From: the human T2T-CHM13v2.0 reference genome, Homo sapiens
Length of the DNA: 64,000 nucleotides
Direction: 5' to 3' (one strand)
NCBI RefSeq assembly: GCF_009914755.1
Contig: NC_060928.1
Shown: in pieces, positions 11,127-24,797 of the stretch
How positions within the stretch are numbered: the stretch's first letter is position 1
Layout of the letters: the number at the start of each line of letters is the position of its first letter
Notes under the pieces: generated by a model
What the model was told of the DNA's origin: nothing
The model's input: only the letters and a program-made list of their open reading frames with translations
Database searches by the model: none
Translations under genes and position numbers: made by a program

Positions 11127-13055
11127 ACTTGCCCCGTTAGGCAGCACGGAGCCGCGCCAGGGGATCCCGGACGCCCGAAGAGACTCCCGCGCCCCTTGGG
11201 CCGAAATCTGGCTCTGCAGGCGCACCGTTCCCTGCCCCGGCCGGGAACGGCGCCGGTTACTAGAAAGCCGGGGAGGCGGGGCCTGGTCGGGTGGAGGGCG
11301 CGGCCGGCCGGCAGAGCGCTAGCCTTAGGTCCTGGAGGCTCTTTGGCTTTCCCCCCGTATGCCGGGGGCTAGGAGGAGGAAGAAGAGCTTCCTGCCGGAT
11401 GAGGGATCCAGAGGCCAGAAAAGGAACCCGCTCTCCCTTCCAAAGCAAAACACTGCCGACGCCAGCTTAGATTTTTCGGGTGTTGGCAGGAGACTTTTTC
11501 CCCCAGTGGCATCATTCGTGTTTCCTCTCCTGGTGCTGGGAGAGAAGAGTTGCAAAGGCGCCTGGACCGCCAGTAACATCTTCTCCCATCTCCTGAGGGA
11601 GCGCGGCTTGGGTTGCTTCTTCTTGGTGGGTGGGCCTGGGGAGACAGGGCATGCGCCCTCGGCCAGAGGAGGGAAGCGAAAGGAGGTCGGGATTTATTTG
11701 CTCATTTGGAGATTTTTCCCTTGCCCTTTTATTAAAAATCAAGTGACAGTGTAATGGAAGATGGAGAATGAAGCATCAGAAATAAACCAGGGCCCTAATT
11801 TGCATGGATTTCCTCGTTGGAACAACGTGTGACTACTACTTATCTTCGGGAAATTACTTATCTTGATGCGTTAAGGCACATTTGGTCCACATGAGAAAGC
11901 ACATTTCAGTGCTTCTACTGGAAAAGAGATCTTTACAGTCTTAATTCCTAGTAATTCCTATGTTTTAATGAATATCTTTTGGATTTGAAATAAAAGCCAT
12001 CTTTTTCTTTCAAAAAATGCACTTTTCTGGCCGTAAAATCCTCCCTTTAAAGTAACAGTCACCTCAGTAAACATTTTCAATTCTTGCTGTATGCTCTGGG
12101 CAAAAGAACATCAAACTGAAGCACTTATTCAGATCCTTGATCCTGCACCTAAGGATTTTTCTTTCAGGAGTGGGAAAACATGATTTGTTAATTTACCCCA
12201 TCATATAGCAGAAGATATTTTGGTCGACATTTTTGCCTGTTCAGCATTCATTCCCTATTCTGATAATTTCTTTTGAAGAACTATCATTTATCCACTCTCA
12301 GTCCATATGGTCTGAGCAGGACACAAGGGGAAGGCATATTTGAGTTTAATCCTCGGTTGCAAACTACGGTTCCTAAGAAGGGTGTTACGTCTTTACCAAT
12401 GGGTTTAAATCTGGGAGAATGGAGACCTGGAGCCATCTTTCCACACGTGAATTCTGAGAAAGAAGGCAACACGGAAAAAAAGCAGATTTGAAGACAGGTT
12501 TGGCCTAAAGACATGTTTGAGGCCTGGAAACAAATGTAGATTAGATTCCTCTGGAAATTTCGTTAAACCAGTCAGTAAATTCTTGCATCTGTTTTATTGC
12601 TTAAACCAGTGAGAGGTTTTCTTTCACATGTAATCAAGAGTCCCGACTGACAAGAGGTAGGTAGCAAGACGGAGGCAAAGTTAGTAATACTGATAAGGTA
12701 GGTTGCAGCCAGACAAGAGAGGGCTTGAATGCTTTCCCTAGGATGGATTTTTGAATTTTATTCTAGAGACACTGATCCCTCCTTATATTCCCCATCATCT
12801 AGAACATATTATCTTCAAAATACCTTTGCCCTTTTTAATGATTTCATTGTCCTCTCAGTCACCAAGATCAAACCATGTCCATCTTTGACTCCTCCCTCTT
12901 TCACTGTATTTAATTATTTACCCAGACCTGTTGATAATCCCCCGTTTTTCTGCTCAGTCCTCTCTCACTGCTTGAACATTTCCCATGGTTCAGTTCACAG
13001 CTTCTCCTTTCTCCCACATTCTCTCCAAGAAAAGAAAAAATGTACTGGATATGTC

Positions 13056-13376
<321 letters not shown>

Positions 13377-13569
13377 TAGCTTTTCCAACTTCCAGATCCC
13401 ACATTTCCATAAAACAAAAATCCTGCCTCATAATTTCATAGCTCCTAAATTTATATTCCATAGCCTTAAACATAATTTCAGATATTCTGTTCACCCTTTC
13501 TTGTGAACCTTGCTATCATTTAAACTGAGTATTTCCAACTCCTCTGTCAACTGATTTCCCCCAGTTGGT

Positions 13570-13810
13570 AGGCAACGTATCATAGTGGTTAAGAGTACAA
13601 AATTAGGATCTTAACTGCCTGGATTTAAATCATAGCTTCACCACTAATATTCTGCATGACTTTAAGCAAGTTATTTCTCTGTTCTTTAATTTCGTCATCT
13701 TTAAAATGGGATAATTACAATCCTATCTCATAGCTTAACCGAGACAGTGTGTGTGTCTGTGTGTGTGTAATTTTATCTGGTACATAAGAAATCCCATAGA
13801 AATGTTGGCT
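13570..13810 (+). mobile_element. MIR
   Basis: ATAGTGGTTAAGAG...GCAAGTTATTT...CATCTTTAAAATGGGATAAT core. Confidence 0.7.
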
Positions 13811-15106
13811 ATTCTTGTCAATGATGTTCCTTTTTGGGTAATTTTCATGTCTCTTTTGCTCTAATTCTTGCCCTAACTCCTATGTCCCATCAGTCACAAA
13901 GTCATATCTGTTCTTTCATAGTAACTCATCCATTCATTGACATTCCTAGTTTTACTACCATACTTTAAGGTGAATTGGAGAACAGGAAGCTTTAAGATAT
14001 GCTTAATAGAGAATATAAGGTTAAGTATTTTTTTAAAGCTTGCATAGTTTATTCAGTTACTCATATTCTTTCTAATCCCTTTAAAATGGAACTACAAAAC
14101 CCTGCCTCATAGTTGAGGTAGTATTATAGACTTTGTGGTCAAAACTCTTGGCTTAAATTCTGACTCATGCTGAGAGATAGTGAGCAAATCAAGTAATTCC
14201 TCTGAGCTTCAGGTACTTATCTGTAAAGTTACAAGACTAGGCATTTCAGAGAACTGTGATGATCAAAGGTAAATTAAACTGCTACATAAAGGCTAGGTGG
14301 TGACGATGGTGGTTGTAAATCTTTACAATTTCTTGTTGGAACCCTAAGAATAGTTGAAATGACTCACAGATTTTTAACTCCAGCCTTCACTTCTCCCTTG
14401 GGCTCTATACACACGTCTGTTTATCTACCTGATGTCTCTTCTTCTGTATCACAAATATCTTGGATGCTTCTTTCAATCTATTCTCCACAGAGCAGTCAAA
14501 TTATTTTGAAAATATAAGTGAAGTCACATTATTTTCTTCTAAAACCCCTTTTGTCATTTCCCATTACATACAAATTCCTAATTATGGTCACAATAACCTG
14601 TTTGATCTGGCCCCTCCCTACCTCTTCAACCTCATGTCTTACCATTTTTTTCCTTTTCCTGTGACACTCCAACCCAGAAACTGCCTTTCATTTCTTTGCT
14701 AATTTATCTCTGCTCTCAGGCTTTCATGCATGCTGTGCCCTTGCCTGGACCCCTCCTACCTTTTCTCATGGCTGGCTCCTTCTCAACCATCACATCTCAA
14801 AGATCTAACTACCCTATTTAAGTAGGTCTCCCTCCAACATCCCACCTGCCCCCCCACCACCAATAATATCCAAAGTTATTCTCTTCTGTTGTGTCCAGTT
14901 TCCCCCATAATACTTAAGTTTAAATTATGTATATATTAGTTATATGTATATATGATATTTGTTTTCTTATTAACTATTTTCCCTACCACCACAAGATAAA
15001 CTCCAGAAGGGCGAGAACCATGTGTTTTCTTTGCCACTATACGTGTAGCATCCATTTCAATACCTCAGGTGAGCTGGGTAGAGTGACACGTACATGTAGT
15101 TCCAGC

Positions 15107-15590
15107 TGAGCCGGGAGGATTGCTTGAGCCCAGGAGTTAAGGAACAGCCTGGGCAATGTAGCAAGACCCCATCACTAAAATAAATTAATTAAAATTTAAA
15201 AATAAAAACCAGGTTGGGTGTGGTACCTCAAGTCTGTAATCCCAGCACTTTGGGAGGCCAAGGCAGGCAGATCACTTGAGGTCAGGAGTTTGAGACCAGC
15301 CTGGCCAACATGGTGAAACCCTGTCTCTACTAAAAAATACAAAAAAATTCGCCAGGTGTGGTGGTGCATGTCTATAGTCTGAGGCTTAGGCAGGAAAATC
15401 ACTTGAACCTGGGAGGCAGTATCTGCAGTGAGCCCAGTTCGTGCTGCTGCACTCCAGCCTGGGTGACAGAGCAAGAGTCAGTCGAGGCAGGATAATCACT
15501 TGAACCTGGGAGGCAGAGGCTGCAGTAAGCCCAGATCGTGCTGCTGCACTCCACCCTGGGTGACAGAGCAAGTCTGTCTCAAACAAACAA
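15107..15590 (+). mobile_element. Alu monomer fragment plus an Alu with a tandemly duplicated right arm
   Basis: The AGGCAGGA...GACAGAGCAAG segment occurs twice (about 15388-15483 and 15484-15580). Confidence 0.85.
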
Positions 15591-15731
15591 AACCACCAAT
15601 GCCTGAGGTGAATGAATGATTTAATGAGTGAATGAAATGCCAGAAAGATGATTTTTAGAATCATCTTTGTCCCAAATTATGACTGTAGGCAGATTATTGT
15701 CAAGGGGTAGCCTTAGTAATGTGCATGAAAG

Positions 15732-16535
15732 TGTGTCCGGAATTTATTCCTTCCGGTGGGTTCCTGGTCTCACTGACTTCAAGAATGAAACCATGGACCC
15801 TTGCAGTGAGTGTTACAGCTCTTAAAGATGGTGTGTCTGGAGTTTGTTCCTTCAGATGTTCAGATGTGTCCAGAATTTCTTCCTTCCAGTGGGTTTGTGG
15901 TCTTGCTGACTTCAGGAGTGAAGCCGCAGACTTTTACAGTGAGTGTTACAGCTCTTAAAGGTGGTGTGTCCGCAGTTTGTTCCTCCTGGTGGGTTCATGG
16001 TCTCGCTCACTTCAGGAATGAAGCTGCAGACCCCCACAGTGAGTGTTACAGCTCATAAAGGTAGTGTGGACCCAAACAGTGAGCAGCAGCAAGAGTTATT
16101 GTTAAGAGTGAAAGAACAAACCTTCCGCAGTGTAGAAGGGGGGGCCGAGCAGGTTGCTGCTGCTGGATTGGGTGCCAGCTTTTATTCCCTTATTTGGCCC
16201 CGCCCACATCCTGCTGATTGGTCCATTTTACAGAGCACTGATTGGTCCATTTTACAGAATGCTGATTGGTCCATTTTACAGAGTGCTGATGGTGCGTTTA
16301 CAATCCTTTAGACACAGAGTGCTTTAGACATAGAGTGCTGATTGGTGTGTTTACAATCCTTCTTAGCTAGACACAGAATGCTGATTGGTGCGTTTTTACA
16401 GAGTGCTGACTGGTGCATTTACAATCCTTTAGCTAGACACAGAGCGCTGATTAGTGCATTTACAATCCTTTAGCTAGACACAAAAATTCTCCAAGTCCCC
16501 ACCCAACCCAGAAGCCCAGCTGGCTTCACCTCTCA
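15732..16535 (-). mobile_element. LTR12-family (ERV9) solo LTR
   Basis: Minus strand starts TGAGAGGTGAAGCCAGCTGGG; tandem CTGATTGG units; U5-type repeats GTGAGTGTTACAGCTC; 4-bp TSD AAAG at 15728-15731 and 16536-16539. Confidence 0.92.
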
Positions 16536-17491
16536 AAAGTACAAAAGAGAAGCAAACTAAAATCAGTCAGTGAAATATGATGTGACTAATACCGTTCTAG
16601 TGATTGAATACTTGAGAACCAGCAAGAATATGTAACACTAATAGATACAGCTAATACTTGTAAAAAAGATGCTGACTGAAATCTAAAATAGGGTACAAGT
16701 GCATGAAGTACCTCACCTTCTAAACAGCTGCCAACATTTGGGGTCAGATACCCACTCCTTCACCCAAGGATAAAAGTTGGACAAAAAGGGATCTACCATA
16801 GCCAAAACCTCCAACTCTCTACCCTCAGACCACGTAAGTTCAACACTTGGCAAGAGGAAAAACACCTGACAGAATCACTGAAGCCAGGTTCCTGGGGTGT
16901 ACTATGGTTTTTCCTTTCCTTTTTATGCCTCACCCTATCCCAAGTGAACAAGACTCCAACAGAATCAGCTAGGTGACTATGAGGGAGGGAGAGTGGCATC
17001 TCATTCACTATCAAACTTGCTGATATTGCCTTGTACCTACATGAAACAGGAAAAGAGTTGGAGAAATAGCTGGCCAGGGAGTGGGCTGAAATAAAGCAAT
17101 CTGCAACATCTACCATGTGGTATAGCAAGGATACCGAGGATGTGTAAGTTTCTCATGGGTCAATCGATGCTGCGTAGAAAATGCTGTCCAGGTTTGAACT
17201 ATCTTGATCCTGAAGGGGGAAAGAAATTCTAGCAGCAAGAGGCTGGATTTACTTCTGGGAGAGGAAACTAAGAGAGTTAGCAGAGATAGAGCTAAGACTG
17301 CTCCATCGCCTGTGTTGATCGAGGGACTGTGCAGTTGGGAAGCTGTTTCAGAGTTTCTAGGAGAACTCAATGTGCCCCATTAAAGAGTGAACATTTGGAT
17401 GCAGTATTCATTGTACAGTTAAGGAAAATTTATCCCTTTCATCCCTATTCTCTCTCCCAGTCCCCAACACTAGAGGGATAGGCCCTGAAAG

Positions 17492-18010
17492 TGTTACTGA
17501 TAGAGGGTCTTGACTGCAAGGTGTCCAAGTTCTTGGCGTTTTGAACTAAGAATTGGACAAAACGCCCCGCAAAGAAAGAATAAAGCAACTAAAGAACGAA
17601 AGCAGGGATTTATTGAAAATGAAAGTACACTTCACAGTGTGGGAGCCGGCGTGAGTAGTGGCTCAGAATCTTCTCCGGTCCAAATACCCGCTAGAGGCTT
17701 CCCATTGGCCACTTCATTTCATGAAGTGGTGGCTTGCAATTGGTCTGAGTGGTTGCCAAAAGCAAGCAATCAGAGGCTAAGGTGAAGTTACAAAGTTGCA
17801 AACGAACTCTCAGCCAGCAAGCAGTGTGATTGGTTGCAGACAGCCAATTTCCCATCTGCCACGCACAGAAGGTGGGGGTTTGCAAAGTAGCCTCTGGTCC
17901 TTTTGTTACTTAGGCATGGCAAGTTAGGGTTTTCCTTTAAATCTGGCTCTAAGAAGTTGGAGTGAAACAGCCTTAGGTTCCCTGCCTCCAGACCTTATTC
18001 TCCTGCCTCA
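17492..18010 (-). mobile_element. ERV1 solo LTR (MER51-like)
   Basis: TG...CA termini; minus strand starts TGAGGCAGGAGAATAAGGTCTGGAGGCAGGGAACC; TSD AAAG at 17488-17491 and 18011-18014. Confidence 0.8.
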
Positions 18011-18195
18011 AAAGGAGAGGGAAAAACTGGTTAAAAACCCCACCTTTCATCTTCAGAGTTGCTTAAGTCACGAGTTCAGCCAGAGAATGTTTGCTTGGAA
18101 CTGACACTGGAGTGTTCAACTAGACAGACTTAATAACCCACACTGTGGGATGGGTAAAAGAAGTTGCTCAGGTTGTCTTTAAAGGATTTGCTGTG

Positions 18196-18350
18196 TAGTG
18201 CTTCTCGAATTTTAATGTGCGTGTCACCTGGAGATCTCATTAAAATGAAAATTATGATTCAGTTAGTCTGGGATGGGGCCAGAGATTCTGCATTTCTAAC
18301 AAGCTCCTTAGGAATGCTGCTGATTCTAGGACCACATTTACCACATTTTG
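18196..18350. mobile_element. MER5A-like hAT DNA transposon
   Basis: CACCTGGAGATCTCATTAAAATG...CTGCATTTCTAACAAGCTCC. Confidence 0.75.
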
Positions 18351-18779
18351 ACAAAAAAGGCACTATAGAGAAGGGAGATTCAATAGAGCACACTTGGCAA
18401 AAATAGACAAAAATATTAGGATAAAATATCAATTTTTATAGATCAAAAAATGACTGAATATTGGCAATTAAAAAAACTAACTTTGTACCCCATTGAATAT
18501 TCATTCAGTAAAATGGGGAACAATATTACATATTAAATAATTTCTGCATATCCTGACAAATATTTTTACCCTAGTCAAATGAGAATGTATACATGAAGCA
18601 CTGTATGGAAGTAGTAGTGACCTGTGTTGGTAGGCATCAATCAGTCCTTGCTAAAAGAATGTGTGTGTGCACTTTGCTAAAGAGCGGGGCTGAAATCACA
18701 AGCAGTCCGTTCTAACATGATATAATTTTATTATTTTTACAAATGTTAAAGTCTCCAGAACTGTTTGTGGGTAAAAACT

Positions 18780-18797
18780 TACTGCCACCTGGTGGAT
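18780..18797 (-). promoter_or_regulatory. Strong CTCF consensus motif (reverse)
   Basis: Minus strand CCACCAGGTGGCAGTA in non-repetitive intergenic DNA. Confidence 0.65.
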
Positions 18798-20172
18798 CTG
18801 AGTTAAGACAAAGGGAAATAGATATCTTTTTTAAGCTCTCCTAAATACTATTATTATTTCCTTTGTTCTTTTAACTTTAAAAAGAAAACAAATATGTATT
18901 TACTTTTTAAAAGACTACATTTGGGGGAATTTCTGCATTTGGTTTCAATTGGAGGGGAAAATAATGTATATGAATGTTATTTTGATAAATATGGTTATAT
19001 GCATTAGATGTTATATGCATTATAGGCATTAGAGTTACATTGTAACTTTAGAAGATGGCTCTTCCTTTCATTTCCACGGCTGTTTTTATCCTGAATAGTA
19101 ACTTATCCATCCATTTCTGGAAGGTTCAGGAATTGGTTAAATAAAACTAGATAATTACCTGAAGTGTGTGTAATGCTGTAATAAAGACCACTGTGTGTGA
19201 CCTCTCTGAACTTTCCTCCATCTAGTCCCAAGATGTATCTCAGAAGAATTTTCCTAATCCTTCCCAGAATTAGATCAATTGATTTCACCTGGTGAAATAA
19301 ATTCTCATTACCTTACTCAAATGTGTATTTAACTTTCCTTCCACTTCATGATTCTCTGTAGCCTCTAAGATCCCTAAACCCCCACCAATAGCAAGAAAGA
19401 GCCTTTTCTTGACTCAATGTTCAACTGCCTCAATTCTCACCAATTTATTTTTGTAATCTAGGCATTTAAACCTAGTCTAGATTCTCTTACAAATATCAGT
19501 GAACATCCATAATGAGAATTATGGATCATGAATACAAACAAAGTAGAAAAAAATCTGTTACTGAACTATTATATGCTGGATTTACCAACCTTTCCTCTAA
19601 AAGTGATGTTCATTATTATGCCAAGACGAAACATCCTATAGGCCTTCTGCAGTGTACTAATGTATATTTTCTCTTGATGAATTCTTCTGTGATTACTGTT
19701 AAAATATAAGTCATCCTACAATATATTTTTCTCACCTCTGCTCAGGATTTAGAAACTTACATGGTGTAGTGTTCTAATGATTCTATACTTTAACTATTAA
19801 TGAGAATACTTAGTAATTTTCTAACTTAATAGTAACTACTCAGAACGATAATAATGAATAGAGATGTTTTTTATGTACTTTTCAGAATCTATTAATTGCA
19901 TTATGCTATTAAGTGGTTAATGTTTTAATAGGTAAGGGATTCCAAAGAAAAAGCATTATGGCCATAAATTTAAAACTTTTTACTTAAGTCTCTAGATTTT
20001 AAAATGTGTTGACTTAAATAAAATTTCATGGTTTTCTTACATTGCTTTAATTTGTAGTTCTCTTTGGAAGTGAGTAAGCAAGAAAGGTCTTGTAACATTT
20101 GTGTTTTTGTCCAACATGTGTTAGAAAAAGGATAAACCACAGAAAAATACCAAAGGCTTAACACAAATTCTG

Positions 20173-20484
<312 letters not shown>

Positions 20485-20666
20485 CCAAATACTATTTTTT
20501 TCAGAGGCAATGAATATTCTGAAATGCCTGGAAATTTTTAAAATGACATATATGCCATAATTCTAATATAAAAATGAAAATAAAATAAATCTATTTATGA
20601 CTTTTCTGATCCCTAATATAAAAGCAGTCATAAGTAAAACATTCAGTACACATATACTAAAAGCTA

Positions 20667-20672
20667 TTTATT
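20667..20672 (-). terminator. PDCL2: PDCL2 polyadenylation signal
   Basis: AATAAA on the minus strand, 12 nt after the TAG stop. Confidence 0.65.
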
Positions 20673-20684
20673 GAATATTTCTCT

Positions 20685-20839
20685 CTATTTGGTATCATTA
20701 TCACTGTTGGAGCTATCACTGTCATCATGAATAGAAGTGTTTCTAATTGAAGATACCATCATATCTACCATGTCTTTTCTGGGGTTTTCTTCCAAATCAG
20801 TCTGTATTGCTCCAACTTCTGCTAGCTTCCATTCAAGTT
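20685..20839 (-). CDS. PDCL2: Phosducin-like 2, exon 6 ([51 protein letters not shown])
   Basis: Acceptor AG at 20841-20840; phase 1 matches exon 5; TAG at 20687-20685. Confidence 0.95.
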
Positions 20840-20962
20840 CTGTAATAAATAACCCATCATTCAGTTAAAAATCTTGAAAAAATGAATAATTTTTCATCTA
20901 TATGAAACAAGAGTTGACTCTTAGTAATATTACCATGGAAATGATGATATATTTATTTATAG

Positions 20963-21287
<325 letters not shown>

Positions 21288-21368
21288 TGACAGTAAAAGT
21301 GCTACAATATCAAAATACACATTGGATACAGCAAAGTTATACTGAAAGGGAGAAATTATGGTTAAACT

Positions 21369-21950
21369 GGGTCTTAGTCTGTTTTGTGATAACAGAATAC
21401 CTGTGACTTGAGTAATTTATAAAGAACAGAGATTTATTTCTTATACTTCTGGAGGCTGGGAAGTACATGGTTGAGGGGCCTGCATCAGGTGAGGGCCTTC
21501 TTGCTGAAGTTATCCCATGGCAGAATTCAAGTGAGTTAGAGAAGGTGAGTGAGAGAGAGCAAGACAGGGCTGAACTCACTTTTAAAACAAACCCATTCTC
21601 ATGACAACAACTCCATTTCTGCAATAATGACATTAATCCATTCATGAGGGCAGAGACCTCATGACCTAATCACCTCTTAAGGTCCCACTTCTCAACACTG
21701 TTTTACTGGGGATTACTAATTTTGGGGGACACATTCAAATCATACCATTCCACCCCAGCCCCCAAAATTCATGTCCTCTCACATGCAAAAGACATACATT
21801 CTATCCCAGTAGCCCCCAAAGTCTCAACTTGTTCCAACATCAACTCAAAGGTCCAGAGTCTCATCTAAATCAGATATAGGTAAGACTCAAGACACAATTT
21901 ATACTGAGGCACATTTCCCTCCAGCTGTGAGCCTATAAAATTAAACAAGT
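21369..21950 (-). mobile_element. MaLR LTR (MLT1/MST type) with adjoining internal sequence
   Basis: GTCTTAGTCTGTTTTG...CTGGAGGCTGGGAAGT...ATGACCTAATCACCTC. Confidence 0.7.
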
Positions 21951-21951
21951 T

Positions 21952-22268
21952 GGCCGAGCGTGGTGGCTCACACCTGTAATCGCAGCACTTCGAAAGGCTG
22001 AGGAGGGCGGATCACCTGAGGTAAGGAGTTCAAGACCAGCCTGGCCAACATTGTGAAACTCCATCTCTACTAAAAATACAAAAAAAAAAAAAAAAAATTA
22101 GCTGGGCGTGGTGGCAGGCACCTGTAATCCCAGCTACTCAGGAGGCTGAGGCAGGAGAATCGCTTGAACCCAGGAGGCAGAGGTTGTAGTGGGCCGAGAT
22201 CGAGATCGCGCCATTGCACTCCAGTTGGGCAACAGTGCAAGACTCCGTCTCAAAAAAAAAAAAAAAAA
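21952..22268 (+). mobile_element. Alu (AluS-like)
   Basis: Alu dimer with a long central A-tract. Confidence 0.9.
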
Positions 22269-22341
22269 GAATGAAGTGAAATTTTAATAAATGGTGTTGA
22301 AACTATTGCATTTTCTTACAGAAAAAAAGTAGATACATTCC

Positions 22342-22714
22342 TGATATGGTTTGGCTATGTCCTCACCCTAATCTCACCTTGAACAATAGTTCTTATAATC
22401 CCCACGTGTTGTGGGTGGGAGGTAATTGAATTATGGGGGTTGTTACCTCCATGCTGTTCTCTTGATACTGAGTGAGTTCTCATAAGATCTGATGGTTTTA
22501 TAAGGGGCTTTTTCCCCACTTCACTTAGCTCTCATTCTTCTCCTTCCTGCTGCCATGTGAAGAAGAACACGTTTGCTTCCCATTCTGCCATGATTGTAAG
22601 TTTGCTGAAGCCTCCCCAGCCATGCTGAACTGTGAGTCAATTAAACCTCTTTCCTTTATAAATTACCCAGTCTCAGGTATGTCTTTATTAGCAGCGTGAA
22701 AATAGACTAATACA
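22342..22714 (+). mobile_element. MaLR solo LTR (THE1/MSTA-like)
   Basis: TGATATGGTTTGGCTATGTCC...AGACTAATACA. Confidence 0.85.
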
Positions 22715-22719
22715 ATACC

Positions 22720-24290
22720 TTACATCAAATCATACACAAAAGCCCAATGTTATTCAAGACCTAAGCTCAAAAATGAAACTTTAAAACTCTTAGAAGAAAG
22801 TATAGGAGAATATATTTTTCACCTTGGGAATACAGAAAGCTTTTCAAAAGAAAGCACGAAACATGCAAAGTAAAGAAAAAGATTAATAATTTTCACTATG
22901 CCAAATCATAACTTTTATCTGACAATTGAAATGATAAGCCATAACTGGTGAGAATATATTAGTAATACTATAAAAATAGTATCCAGAACTTTACATACAC
23001 ATTCATGCACACATACCCACTCTTATAAATCAATGAAACAACATATGCACACACACGCACTCTTATAAATCAATGAAAAAACACAAATGACAAAATGGAC
23101 AAAGTATATAAACAGGAGAGGAAATCAGAATGACCAATGCATATGAAAAAATCCATAACCTCACTTGTAATCAGGGAAATCCACATTTAAACAATGAAAT
23201 GATACCAACTTCATATCCATCAGATTGACCAAAAAACCAATAGTCTAAAATTAACAAGAACTGGTGAAGATGTGGGTATATCTTCAAACACCGATGGAAG
23301 GATAAATTGATACTTTCATTTACAGAGCAATCTATCAACTATCAAGTGAAGTTGAAAATGTGTATACCTTATGATCCCACAATTCTCCATATATCCTTGA
23401 GAAAATTTTTACAGGTGGGCACAACAATGGTCACAGCAGAATTGTTCATAATGGGAAAATTGGAAACTCACATTTCACACAGTAGGGGAATGATAAATTG
23501 AGGAATAGCTGATTATAGAATGCTAGACAGGAGATAAAGTTATTGAATCAGACATATATGAAATAAGAGATTCTGAATACTATGGTTGAGATTTTTAAAA
23601 AAGCAAGTTGCAGAATGATACTACAATATAATGCCCTTTATTAAATACTTTCAATTTTGCAATTAATTATTCCTTCTATTTCTATAGATATACTTAAGTT
23701 AAAGCATAACAAGAAGACCAGATAGTTCTTTTTAAAATTAAAAATAGAATTACCATATCATCTAGCAATTCCATTTCTGTGTATATTCCCAGAAGAATTA
23801 AAAACGGAGATGAGCATATTATTTGTACACACATGTTCATAACAGCATTATTCACAGTACCCAAAAGGTGAAAACAACCTAGGTGTCCATTAACAGATGA
23901 AGGGATACACAAGATATACTTAAAAAGGAAAAAAATTCTGATAACATGCTACCACATGGATGAAACTTGAGGACATTATGCTAAGTGGAATAAGTCAGTC
24001 ACAAAGGACAAATACTATATGATTCCACTTATATGAGGTATCTAGAGCTGTCAAATTCATAGAGACAGAATCTAAAAAGGTGATTGCCTGGGCTGAAGCA
24101 AATGGAGACTGAGGAGTTTTTAACGAGTACAGAGTTTGTTATGTAAGATGAAAAAACTTCTGGCGATGGATGATGGTGATGGAATGTGAATGTGCTTAAT
24201 TCCACTGAACTGTATGCTTAAAAATAGTTAAGATGGTAAATGTTATGTTATGCATATTCTACTACAATGTTTAAAATATACCAATAAATT
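22720..24290 (+). mobile_element. Old L1 (L1M) 3' fragments
   Basis: CATGTTCATAACAGCATTATTCACA, ATGGATGAAACTTGAGGACATTATGCTAAGTG. Confidence 0.75.
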
Positions 24291-24452
24291 TCATTGATAT
24301 CTGTCTCAAAAAAAAAGGGGGGGGGACGAGATACACACTAAATTCGTGATAGTTTTTGCCCCTAAGGAAGCAGGGAGGGGAACAGGACTAAGTATGGAAA
24401 TACAGGTAACTTCAACTTTATCTGCAATGTGTTTTTAAAAGATAAGCAAACA

Positions 24453-24749
24453 GGCCAGGCTTGGTGGCTCATGCTTGTAATCCCAGCACTTTGGGAGTCA
24501 AATGCGGGAGGATCACTTAAGCCTAGGAGTTTGAGACCAGCCTGGGCAATAAAGTGAGACCCCATCTCTACTATAAAATTTTTCTTAAAAAATAGTTAGG
24601 TGTGATGGCAGGCACCTGTAGTCCCAGCTACTCAGGAGGCTAAAGTGGGAGGATTACTTGAGCCTGAGAAGTCAAGGTTGCAAGTGAGCCATAATTGTGC
24701 CACTGCACTCCAGCCTGGGTGACAGAGTGAGATGCTATCTCAAAAAAAT
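24453..24749 (+). mobile_element. Alu (AluJ-like)
   Basis: Alu dimer. Confidence 0.9.
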
Positions 24750-24797
24750 AGCTGAAGCAAGCATAAACAAATGTTCACATTTGTTACTTTTGGTAAT

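Larger units (their letters stand above)
9860..11690 (-). promoter_or_regulatory. CLOCK: CpG island promoter of CLOCK
   Basis: Very high GC and CpG density; gene identity comes from its position next to the PDCL2 3' end (known order CLOCK-PDCL2-NMU) and from the RORE; no CLOCK coding sequence is in the window. Confidence 0.85.

Noticed and set aside
9744-11754. Many long overlapping ORFs (up to 268 aa at 10516..11322) on both strands
   Set aside because: Stop-codon scarcity in a GC-rich CpG island; Pro/Arg/Gly/Ala-rich with no recognisable domain; several start at non-ATG codons
12444-12449. Isolated CACGTG upstream of CLOCK (others near 22402, 38581, 51336 and 59582)
   Set aside because: Single hexamers, several inside repeats, without the tandem arrangement typical of strong clock-controlled sites
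15719-16311. Repetitive ORFs and tandem repeats that look like an array
   Set aside because: These are internal U3/U5 repeats of LTR12; there are no unique spacers and the context is eukaryotic, so not CRISPR or a gene
23000-23080. About 39-nt tandem duplication (similar ones at 28665-28722 and 39711-39733)
   Set aside because: Ordinary two-copy slippage duplications with no sign of function
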